In this document: positions 36,651-45,799 of the stretch, piece by piece
Layout: each line of letters begins with the position of its first letter
Position numbering within the stretch: the stretch's first letter is position 1
Assembly (NCBI GenBank): GCA_005884195.1
Contig: VBBP01000044.1
Span: 27,151 to 91,150 of the forward strand
Length of the DNA stretch: 64,000 nucleotides
Reading direction: 5' to 3'
Source of the DNA: Candidatus Bathyarchaeota archaeon
Lineage (GTDB): Archaea; Thermoproteota; Bathyarchaeia; 40CM-2-53-6
Position numbers and translations under genes: made by a program
The notes under the pieces: model-generated
What the model was told of the DNA's origin: nothing
The model's input: the letters and a program-made list of their open reading frames with translations, nothing else
The model's database searches: none

Positions 36651-37685
36651 ATGCCCAATCCCTTAGTCATGCACCACGAGAGCATGGGTGCTCGGCTTGA
36701 ACAAGGCCGGATTCCGCTGTCTTATACTACTCCGGTTGAAGAGTACTGGGCTATTCGAAACCACTCAGGCATAGCTGACGTTTCGCACCTAGGTCTGCTA
36801 CAAGTAACTGGAAAGGAAAGACTATCCTTCCTCAACGGACTACTCACGAACGAGATCTTGAAGCTGACTGAAGGGACAGGCATCCGCTCAGCACTTCTCA
36901 ACACAAAAGCCAGAGTCCTGGCGGACCTCCACCTCTATGCGAGAGAAGATGACCTTCTCATAGATACCGGCGATGTCCCGGGAGCTAGCGTTAGAGATAT
37001 CCTCGAACTTTTCATCATCACGGAGGACGTACAGGTCAAAGACATTACTCCTGGATTCGTTCATCTGACATTGCAAGGACAGCAAGCCTCCCAGAACGCA
37101 AGAGAGCTGTTCGGGGTCACCTTTGCAGACATGAAGCCACTTCAGCACAAGATGCTAGGGCCTACTATGATCGTTAATCGCGACAGAACCGGTCAACTTG
37201 GATACGATTTGTTAATTCCAAACGGCGAGGCGGAAGCAGTCTGGCAAAGCTTCCTTCTCAAGGGAGTCACACCTGTCGGGCGAGAGGCTCTTGAAATTCT
37301 CAGGCTTGAAGCAGGATACCCGAGATACGGGATCGACGTGGACGAGAACACCATTATTCTAGAAGCTGGATACAAAGACGCCATAAGCTTCAACAAAGGA
37401 TGCTATCTTGGGCAAGAAGTCGTGGCCAGAGCCACTCACATTGGTCGGGTCAACAAGAATCTGATCCAGTTCCAAACGGACTCAGACAATGTACCGAGTG
37501 TGAAATCGAAGTTTATCTCAAGTGGTAAGGAAGCAGGATATGTCACTAGCGCTGCTTTCTCTCCAGGGCTGAAAGTAGTAGTGGGTCTGGGTTACGCCCA
37601 GAGAGATTTTGCTAAGGAAGGAACCAAGCTCGTTATAGAATCAGAGAACGGCCCACTGCCGACGGTAATAACCAAACTGGCCTAG
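36651..37685 (+). CDS. YgfZ/GcvT-family folate-binding protein (aminomethyltransferase-like)
   Basis: SHLGLLQVTGKERLSFLNGLLTNEI and GREALEILRLEAGYPRYGID are the GcvT/YgfZ signatures. The start was chosen at the internal ATG 36651 (MPNPLV) because the upstream part of the 36450 ORF is low-complexity. Confidence 0.7.
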   Translation: MPNPLVMHHESMGARLEQGRIPLSYTTPVEEYWAIRNHSGIADVSHLGLLQVTGKERLSFLNGLLTNEILKLTEGTGIRSALLNTKARVLADLHLYAREDDLLIDTGDVPGASVRDILELFIITEDVQVKDITPGFVHLTLQGQQASQNARELFGVTFADMKPLQHKMLGPTMIVNRDRTGQLGYDLLIPNGEAEAVWQSFLLKGVTPVGREALEILRLEAGYPRYGIDVDENTIILEAGYKDAISFNKGCYLGQEVVARATHIGRVNKNLIQFQTDSDNVPSVKSKFISSGKEAGYVTSAAFSPGLKVVVGLGYAQRDFAKEGTKLVIESENGPLPTVITKLA

Positions 37686-38314
37686 TTCTTGTTGCCCAAC
37701 TGCTTGAAGCAGGGCAGATGCCAGACCTCTAGCTGAGTAGACGGTGTTTTCCTAAAAACAACTGTTTGTGTATCGAACGAAATATTCTTTCGGCATCCAA
37801 CGCAGAAACCCCCGGCTATGTTCGGGGTATTTGTGAAAGTAACCCGCATGTTTTCGGACTCTTGCCCGAGCTTTTGCAACTTGCTGTCAATGTAGGCTCT
37901 GAAGGCAGTAACCTCATTGTTATGGGGGTTCACCTGCAATATCTCGTTAATCGCCTCCTCAGCATCTCCTAAGACCTTGACGATTTCTTGGAATCGGCCA
38001 AGCATCTGATTCGTCATGGCCCCATCAACCATTAGCACACCCTCTCCTAACGGCTGAATTGGTTGCGGCAATGTGCTCAGCTCACTGCTTATGCTATCTG
38101 CAATCTTGTAGCAAAAATATGATCGGAGAAAGAGAAGACCTTCAGAAGCAGGATGGGCGTTCAATCCGTCATTGACAACTTCTAAGGCTCCGGTAAAGTT
38201 GAAGCCTTCAGCCTCCTTCATAGCCGGTTCAACAAAGTGCTTAGTTTCTTCGGGGGTGCACTTCAGCGGAACGTTGAAGGCGCCTGCAGTCGCTGCCAAG
38301 GACGAACAAACCAT
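37682..38314 (-). CDS. hypothetical protein
   Basis: 210 aa. C-terminal Cys cluster (CVGCRK...WHLPC). Confidence 0.4.
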   Translation of the reverse strand: MVCSSLAATAGAFNVPLKCTPEETKHFVEPAMKEAEGFNFTGALEVVNDGLNAHPASEGLLFLRSYFCYKIADSISSELSTLPQPIQPLGEGVLMVDGAMTNQMLGRFQEIVKVLGDAEEAINEILQVNPHNNEVTAFRAYIDSKLQKLGQESENMRVTFTNTPNIAGGFCVGCRKNISFDTQTVVFRKTPSTQLEVWHLPCFKQLGNKN

Positions 38315-38425
38315 ATGACGAGCGGAGCGAAAAAATGTCTTCCGTGCCTAAGAACCCACGCCTAGAGTACTACGGGTCCGCGTGGATTGTCCACGAAGAA
38401 TCCGTGAAGACTCCCGCGACGAGTG

Positions 38426-38926
38426 CTAACTCGACGATTGCCGAAGTTTCTCCTCAATGCTCTTGAGCTCGCCGTGTTCTCTTATCCTAATCTTCACATC
38501 CATACTAAACGAGAGCCCGAGTCTCCGGAGAAACGAATACAACTCCTCTCCGGATATGGGTCCTCTCAGCCTTCCTTCCGCGACGAGGGAAGCGATGCTC
38601 GACTCTAACCGTTCGATTTCAGCAGGATAGTATCTGCGAGCAGTCTCCATCACTTCGGCGCCCCTACCTGCTAGGATTTTTCGAACGGTGTCTCGTGGAG
38701 ATTCTGGCGGCTTTGGGGAAGGAGCTGCAGCCGGCTTGCTCTGGGACTGTAGCAACTTCCGGCGGAGTTCCAGAACTCGCTTTTGTCTCTGAAGTTCCAA
38801 ATCGGAGGACATCAGGCTAGACCATTCGAGAAGCAATTTCCGGCTTGGTCTACATAAGGCTAGTTTTGGGAGGAGTCCCGCTAAGTGCAATCGTCCGCTC
38901 GTAGTCGTAGATTGCTCTCGCAACAA
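38426..38926 (-). CDS. PDCD5/TFAR19-like dsDNA-binding domain protein (second paralogue), tentative
   Basis: The C-terminal ILAGRGAEVMETARRYYPAEIERLESSIASLVAEGRLRGPISGEELYSFLRRLG follows the IL.pEA..RL.....PE.a..vE..li.la..G.l...iseE.l pattern of the PDCD5 family. The N-terminus is coiled-coil. Overlaps the Nep1 start region. Confidence 0.3.
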   Translation of the reverse strand: MLREQSTTTSGRLHLAGLLPKLALCRPSRKLLLEWSSLMSSDLELQRQKRVLELRRKLLQSQSKPAAAPSPKPPESPRDTVRKILAGRGAEVMETARRYYPAEIERLESSIASLVAEGRLRGPISGEELYSFLRRLGLSFSMDVKIRIREHGELKSIEEKLRQSSS

Positions 38927-39557
38927 CTGTCCACGCCTCTAAGCCCTGGTTGTGAATCTGGTATGATTCCTTTGTCTTCGAGAGAGTTTCCTTCGAGAAG
39001 TGTCCCTTTGGGAATCCTCCTACCAACATTACCGGGTCGTCATGTTCTGCCAATCTCGAAGCTACATCGTCCATACGTTTGGGAAGCCCCTTTGTTGTAA
39101 GCGCTATAACGTCCCCTGAGATTTCGTCGAGTAGCTCTCCAATGTGCCCGGGCTTGATTGACAGAAGAGGTGGTCCTGTTGGAGGAACGACTCTTGCCTG
39201 GTAGAGTTGTTCGATTAGCGAAGTGAACCGATCAGTGTTCCTCGGAAGTCGTGTCTTCGAATCGACTTTGATGATATTGTTATCTCTCGTATGAATGTAG
39301 CATCTGAGTCCTCCTGTCAAATTGAGCGGGGAACCTAGGGCCAGGAGCAATGAGAAATGAGGGATGTCTGGACGGCCCCTCCCAGTTCCACCGGGTCCCA
39401 GCCTGAGAATAGCTGAGTGATGGTACGTCTGATCCAAGACAAGCGTGCGCGGGTCTCTTCTCTTCTTTTGCGCCCATTTCAATATTGCAGGGTGGCGAAC
39501 CAGTTCATTAGGCACAAGCTCTATCGAGGACTCTGCGAGGACTAGTGACAGGACCAA
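38850..39557 (-). CDS. nep1: ribosome biogenesis protein Nep1/EMG1 (SPOUT pseudouridine-N1 methyltransferase)
   Basis: 235 aa. VLAESSIELVP...HHSAILRLGPGG...NIIKVDSKTRLPRNTDRFTSLIEQL...VIALTTKG...PVMLVGGFPKGHF matches the Nep1 family. Confidence 0.75.
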   Translation of the reverse strand: MVLSLVLAESSIELVPNELVRHPAILKWAQKKRRDPRTLVLDQTYHHSAILRLGPGGTGRGRPDIPHFSLLLALGSPLNLTGGLRCYIHTRDNNIIKVDSKTRLPRNTDRFTSLIEQLYQARVVPPTGPPLLSIKPGHIGELLDEISGDVIALTTKGLPKRMDDVASRLAEHDDPVMLVGGFPKGHFSKETLSKTKESYQIHNQGLEAWTVVARAIYDYERTIALSGTPPKTSLM

Positions 39558-39591
39558 ATGCTGTTCAATCTGATACTTCAGGTGCTAGGTT

Positions 39592-39942
39592 ATGAATTTC
39601 ATGGGAAGTAGGTCCACGAGGCGAAACTATGGAAAGATGCGTTCGGCGGTAACCGCTGTCGCGCGTGAACGGATTGAACTTCTCCTTAGCCAAGCCATTG
39701 AAATCCTTCCTCGGGAGGCTGACTTGGCCAAGAGATATGTTGGACTTGCACAGAGAGTCTCAACGCGAACTAAAGTCCGAATACCGAAGGACATGAAGCA
39801 TTACCTCTGCAAGAACTGTGGCCAGCCCTTGATTCCCGGGAAAAACGCGCGAATTCGGCTTCGGTCCGGTAACTCGAGAATCATCATTTCATGTCTCAGC
39901 TGTGGCTCGTTTCGAAGGTATCCGTACAGAAAACTAGGATAG
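39592..39942 (+). CDS. rnp4: RNase P protein component 4 (Rpp21/Rpr2)
   Basis: 116 aa. N-terminal helical RERIELLLSQA followed by C..C...C..C zinc ribbon (CKNCGQPL...CLSCGSF). Confidence 0.75.
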   Translation: MNFMGSRSTRRNYGKMRSAVTAVARERIELLLSQAIEILPREADLAKRYVGLAQRVSTRTKVRIPKDMKHYLCKNCGQPLIPGKNARIRLRSGNSRIIISCLSCGSFRRYPYRKLG

Positions 39943-40028
39943 CTAACGCATTTTTCCGTGAAGCCTTATATTACGCTGTCCTCGCCTTCCCGACGAAAAT
40001 CTAGAAACAACCGAGGACGACACCAGAA

Positions 40029-40481
40029 TTGCCAACAGTTTTCGAGGTTCCGGCTGAGGAACTCATAAACAAGCTAGCCAAGCACTTGAAAGAAAGTATG
40101 AGCGACATCACACCCCCGTCCTGGGCTGAGTTCGCGAAGACTGGCGCTCACAAGGAGCGGCCACCCCAGAACCCTGATTGGTGGTACTTCAGATGTGCTT
40201 CCCTTCTCCGAAAGATGTACGTACGAGGACCGGTCGGAGTGTCACGATTGCGGGTCCAGTATGGAGGGCGTGCGAGTCACGGGAATCGGCCAGCTCACCA
40301 CGTACCCGCAGGAGGCTCCGCCATTAGGGAGCCCTTGCAACAGCTTCAGAAGGCTGAACTTGTCGCCATGGATGGGAAGAAAGGCCGGAAACTAACTAGG
40401 GAAGGAATGGCGCTTCTAAACCGCACGGCAGCTGAGGTTGTCAAAGAATTGAAGGCCCGGCCTCAAGAGGCCCCAAGTTAA
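40029..40481 (+). CDS. rps19e: 30S ribosomal protein S19e
   Basis: 150 aa. PDWWYFRCASLLRKMYVRGPVGVSRLRVQYGG...GSAIREPLQQLQKAELV is the S19e signature. Confidence 0.85.
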   Translation: MPTVFEVPAEELINKLAKHLKESMSDITPPSWAEFAKTGAHKERPPQNPDWWYFRCASLLRKMYVRGPVGVSRLRVQYGGRASHGNRPAHHVPAGGSAIREPLQQLQKAELVAMDGKKGRKLTREGMALLNRTAAEVVKELKARPQEAPS

Positions 40482-40825
40482 TGTCTAATGGAGACTACAC
40501 GGACGAAGAGCTTGAAGCATTACGTCGACGAAGAATGGCCGAGCTGCAAAGATCAGCCTACGATGAACAACGTCGTTCGCAAGCTCAGCAGCAAGTGGAC
40601 CGCCAAAAACAATCAATCATTCGCCAGATCCTCACGCCCGAAGCGAGACAGCGACTTGCCAATATTCGAATGGTGAAGCCTGAGTTCGCCGAGGAATTGG
40701 AAATGCAACTCATACAGCTCGCTCAGTCAGGAAGGCTCCAGACACAGATCACGGATGAGCAGCTGAAGAGAACGCTGGTCCAACTACAATCGCAGAAAAA
40801 AGAGATCAAGATCAGGAGAGCGTAG
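40481..40825 (+). CDS. PDCD5/TFAR19-like DNA-binding protein
   Basis: 114 aa. EELEALRRRRMAELQ...ILTPEARQRLANIRMVKPEFAEELEMQLIQLAQSGRL. Its start overlaps the S19e stop (TAATG). Confidence 0.7.
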   Translation: MSNGDYTDEELEALRRRRMAELQRSAYDEQRRSQAQQQVDRQKQSIIRQILTPEARQRLANIRMVKPEFAEELEMQLIQLAQSGRLQTQITDEQLKRTLVQLQSQKKEIKIRRA

Positions 40826-40981
40826 ATGGCGCGCAACAAACCCTCCGGAAAGAAGAAGCACCTATCGCACGCTCTGAAACAGGCCCAACCGGTCCCATCG
40901 TGGGTTGTAGCCAAAACCGAGGGTAAAGTCCGGCGAAACCCGAAGCAGCGACACTGGCGAGAAACAAAGATCAAAGTGTAA
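40826..40981 (+). CDS. rpl39e: 50S ribosomal protein L39e
   Basis: 51 aa, translated manually: MARNKPSGKKKHLSHALKQAQPVPSWVVAKTEGKVRRNPKQRHWRETKIKV. Below the 60-aa ORF-track cut-off. Confidence 0.8.
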   Translation: MARNKPSGKKKHLSHALKQAQPVPSWVVAKTEGKVRRNPKQRHWRETKIKV

Positions 40982-40986
40982 TGTAA

Positions 40987-41442
40987 ATGGCAAGAAAACA
41001 AGTCGCGACTGAAGACGATTCTGACATAGAACCATCCAGGGAAACAGAACTCGCCGAGCCAGGGGAAGGGAAGCCGGAAATCGCAGAGGAAGAAACTGAA
41101 GAGCTAGAAACCGAAGCAAAAACACCAGAGGCACCCAAGGCTCCTGGAACTGAAGAAGCGGTTGAGGAAGAGGAGGAGATAGAGATCGTTGAAGAGAAAT
41201 TCTACGACCTGAATCTTCGGCGTATTTGGACGGCTCCGAGAGAGAAACGAACACCTCGAGCCGTAAGATACGTCAGACAGTACGCAGCCAATAGAATGAA
41301 AACGGATAATGTTTCTTTAAGCGAAGAGACGAATAGTCTTCTCTGGAATCGCGGAATCAGCAAACCCCCGCGAAAGATTAGGATTCGCGTTGTCAAAGAC
41401 AAAGAAGGCAAGGTTATCGTGTTTCCAGGTGAGGGAAAATGA
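40987..41442 (+). CDS. rpl31e: 50S ribosomal protein L31e (with acidic N-terminal extension)
   Basis: C-terminal FYDLNLRRIW...PRAVRYVRQYAANRMK...NSLLWNRGISKPPRKIRIRV is L31e. The N-terminal about 60 aa are Glu-rich. Confidence 0.8.
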   Translation: MARKQVATEDDSDIEPSRETELAEPGEGKPEIAEEETEELETEAKTPEAPKAPGTEEAVEEEEEIEIVEEKFYDLNLRRIWTAPREKRTPRAVRYVRQYAANRMKTDNVSLSEETNSLLWNRGISKPPRKIRIRVVKDKEGKVIVFPGEGK

Positions 41443-41445
41443 ATA

Positions 41446-42111
41446 GTGCCGATCATTCTCTCTGATGTTTTCGGGGACCCGAACGTCGGAATTTTCTCTT
41501 TCGCGAACGATAACATAGCAATCCTGCCTGCAGGCCTTTCTCACAAGAAGATCAGTAGCTTCCGCGACACGTTGGGAGTTGAACCCTGCTCGGTAGGAAT
41601 CGCAGATTCAAGACTTGTCGGAATCTATGTCACAGGTAACTCCAACGCCATCCTTGTCCCCTACATTACCACGGATGATGAGCTAAAGCAACTCCGCTCG
41701 ACAGGGGTACACATAGAGATTCTAAGAGAGAAACGAACGGCACTGGGCAACATAATACTCTGCAACGATCACGGCGCGATAGTCGACCCTCGACTCCAAC
41801 ACAATACAGTCACAGCACTCGAAGAAACACTAGACGTCCCGGTCCGACCCTCTACAATTGGAGGACTTCCCCATGTTGGGGCACTAGCCACCGCCTCAAA
41901 CAAAGGGGTCCTAGTGAATCCGATCATCACTGACAATGAGAGTAAGACCATCTCGAGTGTTCTTGGCGTTCCAGTCTCGAAGGGGACCATCAATTCAGGG
42001 GTTCCATACCCCAAGGCTGGGCTAGTTGTAAATTCTAGAGGCGCGATCGTTGGGTCCCACACTCTGGGATCCGAACTTATCACTCTAAGCAACGCTTTCC
42101 AAACGGATTAG
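41446..42111 (+). CDS. eif6: translation initiation factor 6 (aIF6)
   Basis: 221 aa. Five-fold pseudo-symmetric repeats with the GNSNAILVP and NDHGAIV motifs of IF6. Confidence 0.85.
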   Translation: MPIILSDVFGDPNVGIFSFANDNIAILPAGLSHKKISSFRDTLGVEPCSVGIADSRLVGIYVTGNSNAILVPYITTDDELKQLRSTGVHIEILREKRTALGNIILCNDHGAIVDPRLQHNTVTALEETLDVPVRPSTIGGLPHVGALATASNKGVLVNPIITDNESKTISSVLGVPVSKGTINSGVPYPKAGLVVNSRGAIVGSHTLGSELITLSNAFQTD

Positions 42112-42163
42112 GTTAAGTACCGCCCATTCGCGAACTCCCGTGTTCTAGGGCCAGGCTGCTACG

Positions 42164-42367
42164 ATGAGTCAGGTAAGATTGTTCAAGATAACTGGTGAAC
42201 TGCGCAAGGGAGGGGACAAACTCCCGTTCACCAAGAACATCAGGGCAGTCAAGAAAGAAGATGCGTTACAACACCTCTACTCTGACATGGGAAGCCGCCA
42301 CAAAGCACGAAGGTTCGAAATAACAGTCAAACAGATCGAAGAATTACCTGAACCAGAGGCCGTTTGA
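42164..42367 (+). CDS. rplX: 50S ribosomal protein LX (L18Ae/L20A family)
   Basis: 67 aa. VRLFKITGELRKGGDKLPFTKNIRAVKKEDALQHLYSDMGSRHKARRFEI is typical of archaeal LX. Confidence 0.7.
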   Translation: MSQVRLFKITGELRKGGDKLPFTKNIRAVKKEDALQHLYSDMGSRHKARRFEITVKQIEELPEPEAV

Positions 42368-42837
42368 TGGCGAGCTCCAAAAAGCAGCTGGCCGCTCCCC
42401 GCAACCTAGACGAGGAAATGCGTCAACTCCTTGTCGAGATCAGAATGCTGGAAGGGTCAGCCCGAGTTCTCTCATCGAGACTTGACATCGTAACTGGGGC
42501 CCTCTCTGAGACGCAGACCGCAAAGCAAACTCTGGAGGGCACGAAAGAGGCTGGAAAGGACGTTCAGATGCTGATTCCAATAGGCTCCGGCTCATTTGTG
42601 AAGGCGAAGCTGGAAGATCCTCAACACATCATAATCGGAGTTGGGGCGGGAGTCTGTTTGGAAAAAACCGTGGAGGACTCAATCAAGGATCTCAACTTGA
42701 GAGCCACCGATCTGGACAAGGCACGGATCAACGTTACGCAACAGCTGAACCAGATCATTAACCAAACCGAGGACTACAGGGCCCGCCTTGAGGATCTAGC
42801 TCGCAGGAAGGGCGGTGGGCCAGTAGAGCTTGTTTGA
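42364..42837 (+). CDS. pfdA: prefoldin alpha subunit
   Basis: 157 aa coiled-coil, beta-hairpin, coiled-coil. Length and position (between LX and FtsY) fit the alpha subunit. Start overlaps the LX stop. Confidence 0.8.
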   Translation: MMASSKKQLAAPRNLDEEMRQLLVEIRMLEGSARVLSSRLDIVTGALSETQTAKQTLEGTKEAGKDVQMLIPIGSGSFVKAKLEDPQHIIIGVGAGVCLEKTVEDSIKDLNLRATDLDKARINVTQQLNQIINQTEDYRARLEDLARRKGGGPVELV

Positions 42838-43735
42838 CAAGCTCAGAGCCCAGTTCTCCAGCTTCTACGACCGCGTAACCAAGACAGAGCTTCAAGGAAA
42901 GGATCTAGACAAAGTTCTCGAGGAATTCCAACTCTCACTCGTGGAAAACGACGTCGCAGTCTCAGTAGCAGACTACGTCGCCAACGAGCTAAAGGAGAAA
43001 CTGAGAGACGTCCAGTTCGCACGCTTCTCCGATCCACGAAAAGGAGTCAAAACCATTCTCGGCGATGTGCTCCTATCAGTCTTAGACAGAGCCGGCAGAC
43101 TCGACCTGTTCGACTTTATCGAAAAGAAACGAAAGGCCGGGGAACCAGCGGTAATCGTTTTCGTGGGAATCAATGGTACGGGAAAGACGACGAGCATCGC
43201 CAAGCTTGCGTATGTTCTCCAGAAAAGAGGCCTGACATGCGTACTGGCCGCCAGCGACACCTACCGATCGGGAGCGATAGAGCAACTCGCCGAACACGCG
43301 CGCAGGATTGGGGTGAGAATGATCCAACACCAATACCAGGGAGACCCCGCAGCGGTCGCGTATGACGCAGTCAACTACGCCCGAGCACACGGGGTCAACG
43401 CCGTTCTCATCGACACGGCAGGCCGAATGGGTACAAACACGAACCTTCTCGAAGAGATGCGGAAGATTGTCCGGGTCACGAAACCCGACCTGACCATACT
43501 GGTTGTTGACGCGCTCACAGGGAACGATGCGGTCGAGCAAGGAAAAGTCTTCTCACAAGCGGTAAAAATAGATGGGATAATCCTGGCGAAGCTCGATGCC
43601 GACATCAAGGGAGGAAACGCGATATCATTGTCCTACATCATGGGTCGACCAGTGACCCTCGTTGGCACCGGACAAGGATACGATGATCTAGAGCCGTTCC
43701 AACCGCAGAACATCGTCAAGAATCTGATCGGATAG
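42830..43735 (+). CDS. ftsY: signal recognition particle receptor FtsY
   Basis: 301 aa. NG domain with GINGTGKTTSIAKLAY (G1), DTYR, DTAGR, KLD. There is no M domain, so FtsY rather than SRP54. Confidence 0.9.
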   Translation: MFDKLRAQFSSFYDRVTKTELQGKDLDKVLEEFQLSLVENDVAVSVADYVANELKEKLRDVQFARFSDPRKGVKTILGDVLLSVLDRAGRLDLFDFIEKKRKAGEPAVIVFVGINGTGKTTSIAKLAYVLQKRGLTCVLAASDTYRSGAIEQLAEHARRIGVRMIQHQYQGDPAAVAYDAVNYARAHGVNAVLIDTAGRMGTNTNLLEEMRKIVRVTKPDLTILVVDALTGNDAVEQGKVFSQAVKIDGIILAKLDADIKGGNAISLSYIMGRPVTLVGTGQGYDDLEPFQPQNIVKNLIG

Positions 43736-44264
43736 ATTCTACCCAAGATCGGCTGAGTCCGTTTGTCGGACCAGCCATCGCGACAAGCTCGGTCCTTGGA
43801 GCGCGAGCAGGACGCGTTCGGGGTCCGGCTTGGGTCTCTCCACGTCCTCTCCAGTGATCACGGTTTTGAACCAATGTTTGACCTGTACCCTCTCAAGCAC
43901 TGCGTTGAACCATGGATGTATCCGGGATGGAGGCTACTAGGGCCATTGGCCTGTCAGCCTTTCTGAGCCTCTCCAACAGGTCCCTCATGCCTAGGAAGAC
44001 CTTTACCATTTTCAGGTTGGCGTGAAGGCATCGTTTGTAGATGTCTAGAGCGCGCTCGAAGTGGTCCCCCGAAGTTTGGAGTGCCAGCTTTCGAATAGTA
44101 TCAGTTTCATGGGGTCCCCCAAGGGATCTGGTTTTGATTGGGGGCCCTCCCCAAGAGTCTCTTAGCAACCTCACGGGTGCATGAACCATAAGACGGTCTC
44201 TATCTACAGTGGTCCCGTCATGGTCGAAGATTATCCCCTTGATGGATTCGGGGAACGGGCGCAA
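43725..44264 (-). pseudogene. HAD-superfamily hydrolase, frameshifted
   Basis: The 44264-43893 frame encodes the N-terminal GIIFDHDGTTVD (motif I DxDGT). A second frame directly downstream (43892-43725) encodes ...VITGEDVERPKPDPERVLLALQG (HAD motif II/III region). The two halves are in different frames. Confidence 0.45.
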
Positions 44265-44344
44265 CCCGAAACCGTACCATGGCCTCAGGCAGATATGGAT
44301 ACTGTCTGGATCCTTGGGATTATCGCGAATCTGTCTGACAGTTG

Positions 44345-44626
44345 TTACATTGCTGACTGCGTCGGAGTGTCTAGTTGCATCGTGAGCTTGGTGTCGAGCT
44401 GTTTCTTGATCTCATCCAGTGTCGGGAATCGGCCCGCTTGGTTCTTTGAGAATATCAGTTTGCCATCCAGAATTACGTCGAAGACTCCCTTGTCCGCAGG
44501 CTTCAGCGCAATGGAGAGTTTCCGGTTGAGAGGCATGCCATACGCTGCGAGAAGCTGGCTAACCATATCCACGGCTCGGGGCTGGTGCCCACATGGCTGG
44601 CAGTAGGTTATCTCCAGATCAACCAT
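44345..44626 (-). CDS. SelW/SelT/Rdx-family thioredoxin-like protein (CxxC)
   Basis: From the internal ATG 44626: MVDLEITYCQPCGHQPRA...FDVILDGKLIFSKNQAGRFPTLDEI matches the Rdx (SelW-like) family. The longer ORF upstream of this ATG overlaps the argF promoter region and is unlikely to be translated. Confidence 0.55.
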   Translation of the reverse strand: MVDLEITYCQPCGHQPRAVDMVSQLLAAYGMPLNRKLSIALKPADKGVFDVILDGKLIFSKNQAGRFPTLDEIKKQLDTKLTMQLDTPTQSAM

Positions 44627-44753
44627 TTCCGATCGACCGTCAAAACCACGCTGGCGGGATTTAAACCCGCTTATTCGAGGACAGAGATTCAACGAGTTCT
44701 TATAACATGCCAGGTCTCGATCCTCAAATCCTCGAACGGAGCTAGCGAACCTT

Positions 44754-45677
44754 TTGCCAGGCTTGAAAGGAAGAGACATTCTTTCTTTGGTCGAATTATC
44801 CTCCAAAGAGATCAACCTGATCCTCCAACGATCAGCCCTTATTGCAAGACAGAAGAGAAGCCCACAACAGTTGAAGGGTAAGACTGTCGCGCTGATATTC
44901 CAGAAACCCTCAACGAGAACACGGGTCTCTTTCGAGACCGCTGTCGCGCATCTGGGCGGCCACCCGATCTATCTGAGCTGGAACGAGATGCAGCTCGGAA
45001 GAGGGGAGACCATCTCGGACACTGCTAGGGTTCTGGAGAGATATGTTGACGCGATAGTGGCTAGAGTGTACTCGCACGAGGACTTGGTCACTCTCGCCGA
45101 GACCGCCGATGTTCCAGTTATCAACGGTCTATCCGACAAGGCTCATCCATGCCAGATACTAGCGGATCTCCTCACACTTGTCCAGTACAAGAAACGATTG
45201 AAAGGTCTGAAGCTGGCCTACATCGGTGACGGAAACAACGTCTGCAACAGCCTTCTCGTAGGCTGCGCCAAAACCGGAGTCAACATAACAGTTGCCAGAC
45301 CACAAGGCTACGGTCCTGATCCTGAAGCGATCAGAAACGCGAAAAAGGCCGCAGAAGAATCAGGCTCAACAGTCGTTATCACAGAAGATTCCGCAGAAGC
45401 CGCAAAAGACGCGGACGCGATCTACACCGATACCTTCGTGTCAATGGGCATGGAAAAAGAAAAAGAAACCCGACTCTCGACATTCATTCCAAAGTATCAA
45501 GTCAACAAAGAACTACTCCGGCTCTCTAAGCCCGGCGCAATATTCCTACACTGCCTCCCAGCACACCGAGGAGATGAGGTAACAGAGGAAGTCATCGACG
45601 GACCACAGTCAGCCGTCTGGGACCAAGCCGAAAACAGACTGCATACCGCCAAAGCACTTCTTTCGCTCATCGTATAG
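44754..45677 (+). CDS. argF: ornithine carbamoyltransferase
   Basis: 307 aa. STRTR (carbamoyl-phosphate binding), HPCQ, DGNNV, HCLP motifs. HPCQ plus DGNN favours OTC over ATCase. Confidence 0.8.
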   Translation: MPGLKGRDILSLVELSSKEINLILQRSALIARQKRSPQQLKGKTVALIFQKPSTRTRVSFETAVAHLGGHPIYLSWNEMQLGRGETISDTARVLERYVDAIVARVYSHEDLVTLAETADVPVINGLSDKAHPCQILADLLTLVQYKKRLKGLKLAYIGDGNNVCNSLLVGCAKTGVNITVARPQGYGPDPEAIRNAKKAAEESGSTVVITEDSAEAAKDADAIYTDTFVSMGMEKEKETRLSTFIPKYQVNKELLRLSKPGAIFLHCLPAHRGDEVTEEVIDGPQSAVWDQAENRLHTAKALLSLIV

Positions 45678-45744
45678 TCAACCGTTGATTGCGGCCCGGA
45701 ACATCGAGGCTGAAAGGCGCCCAGGCTGCTAGCCACTAGCATAG

Positions 45745-45752
45745 TTAAAATA
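45745..45752 (+). promoter_or_regulatory. TATA-like element TTAAAATA upstream of the secE-nusG-rpl11 cluster
   Basis: About 48 nt upstream of the SecE ATG. Confidence 0.3.
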
Positions 45753-45799
45753 GGGAAGGCCGGCTCCGTCGCACTCCGTTCAGCAAGATAGGGTATCTC

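Noticed and set aside
43763-43966. 67-aa plus-strand ORF between ftsY and the HAD-like gene
   Set aside because: It lies antisense to the C-terminal HAD fragment, and its product is Arg/Ser/Leu-rich low-complexity sequence.
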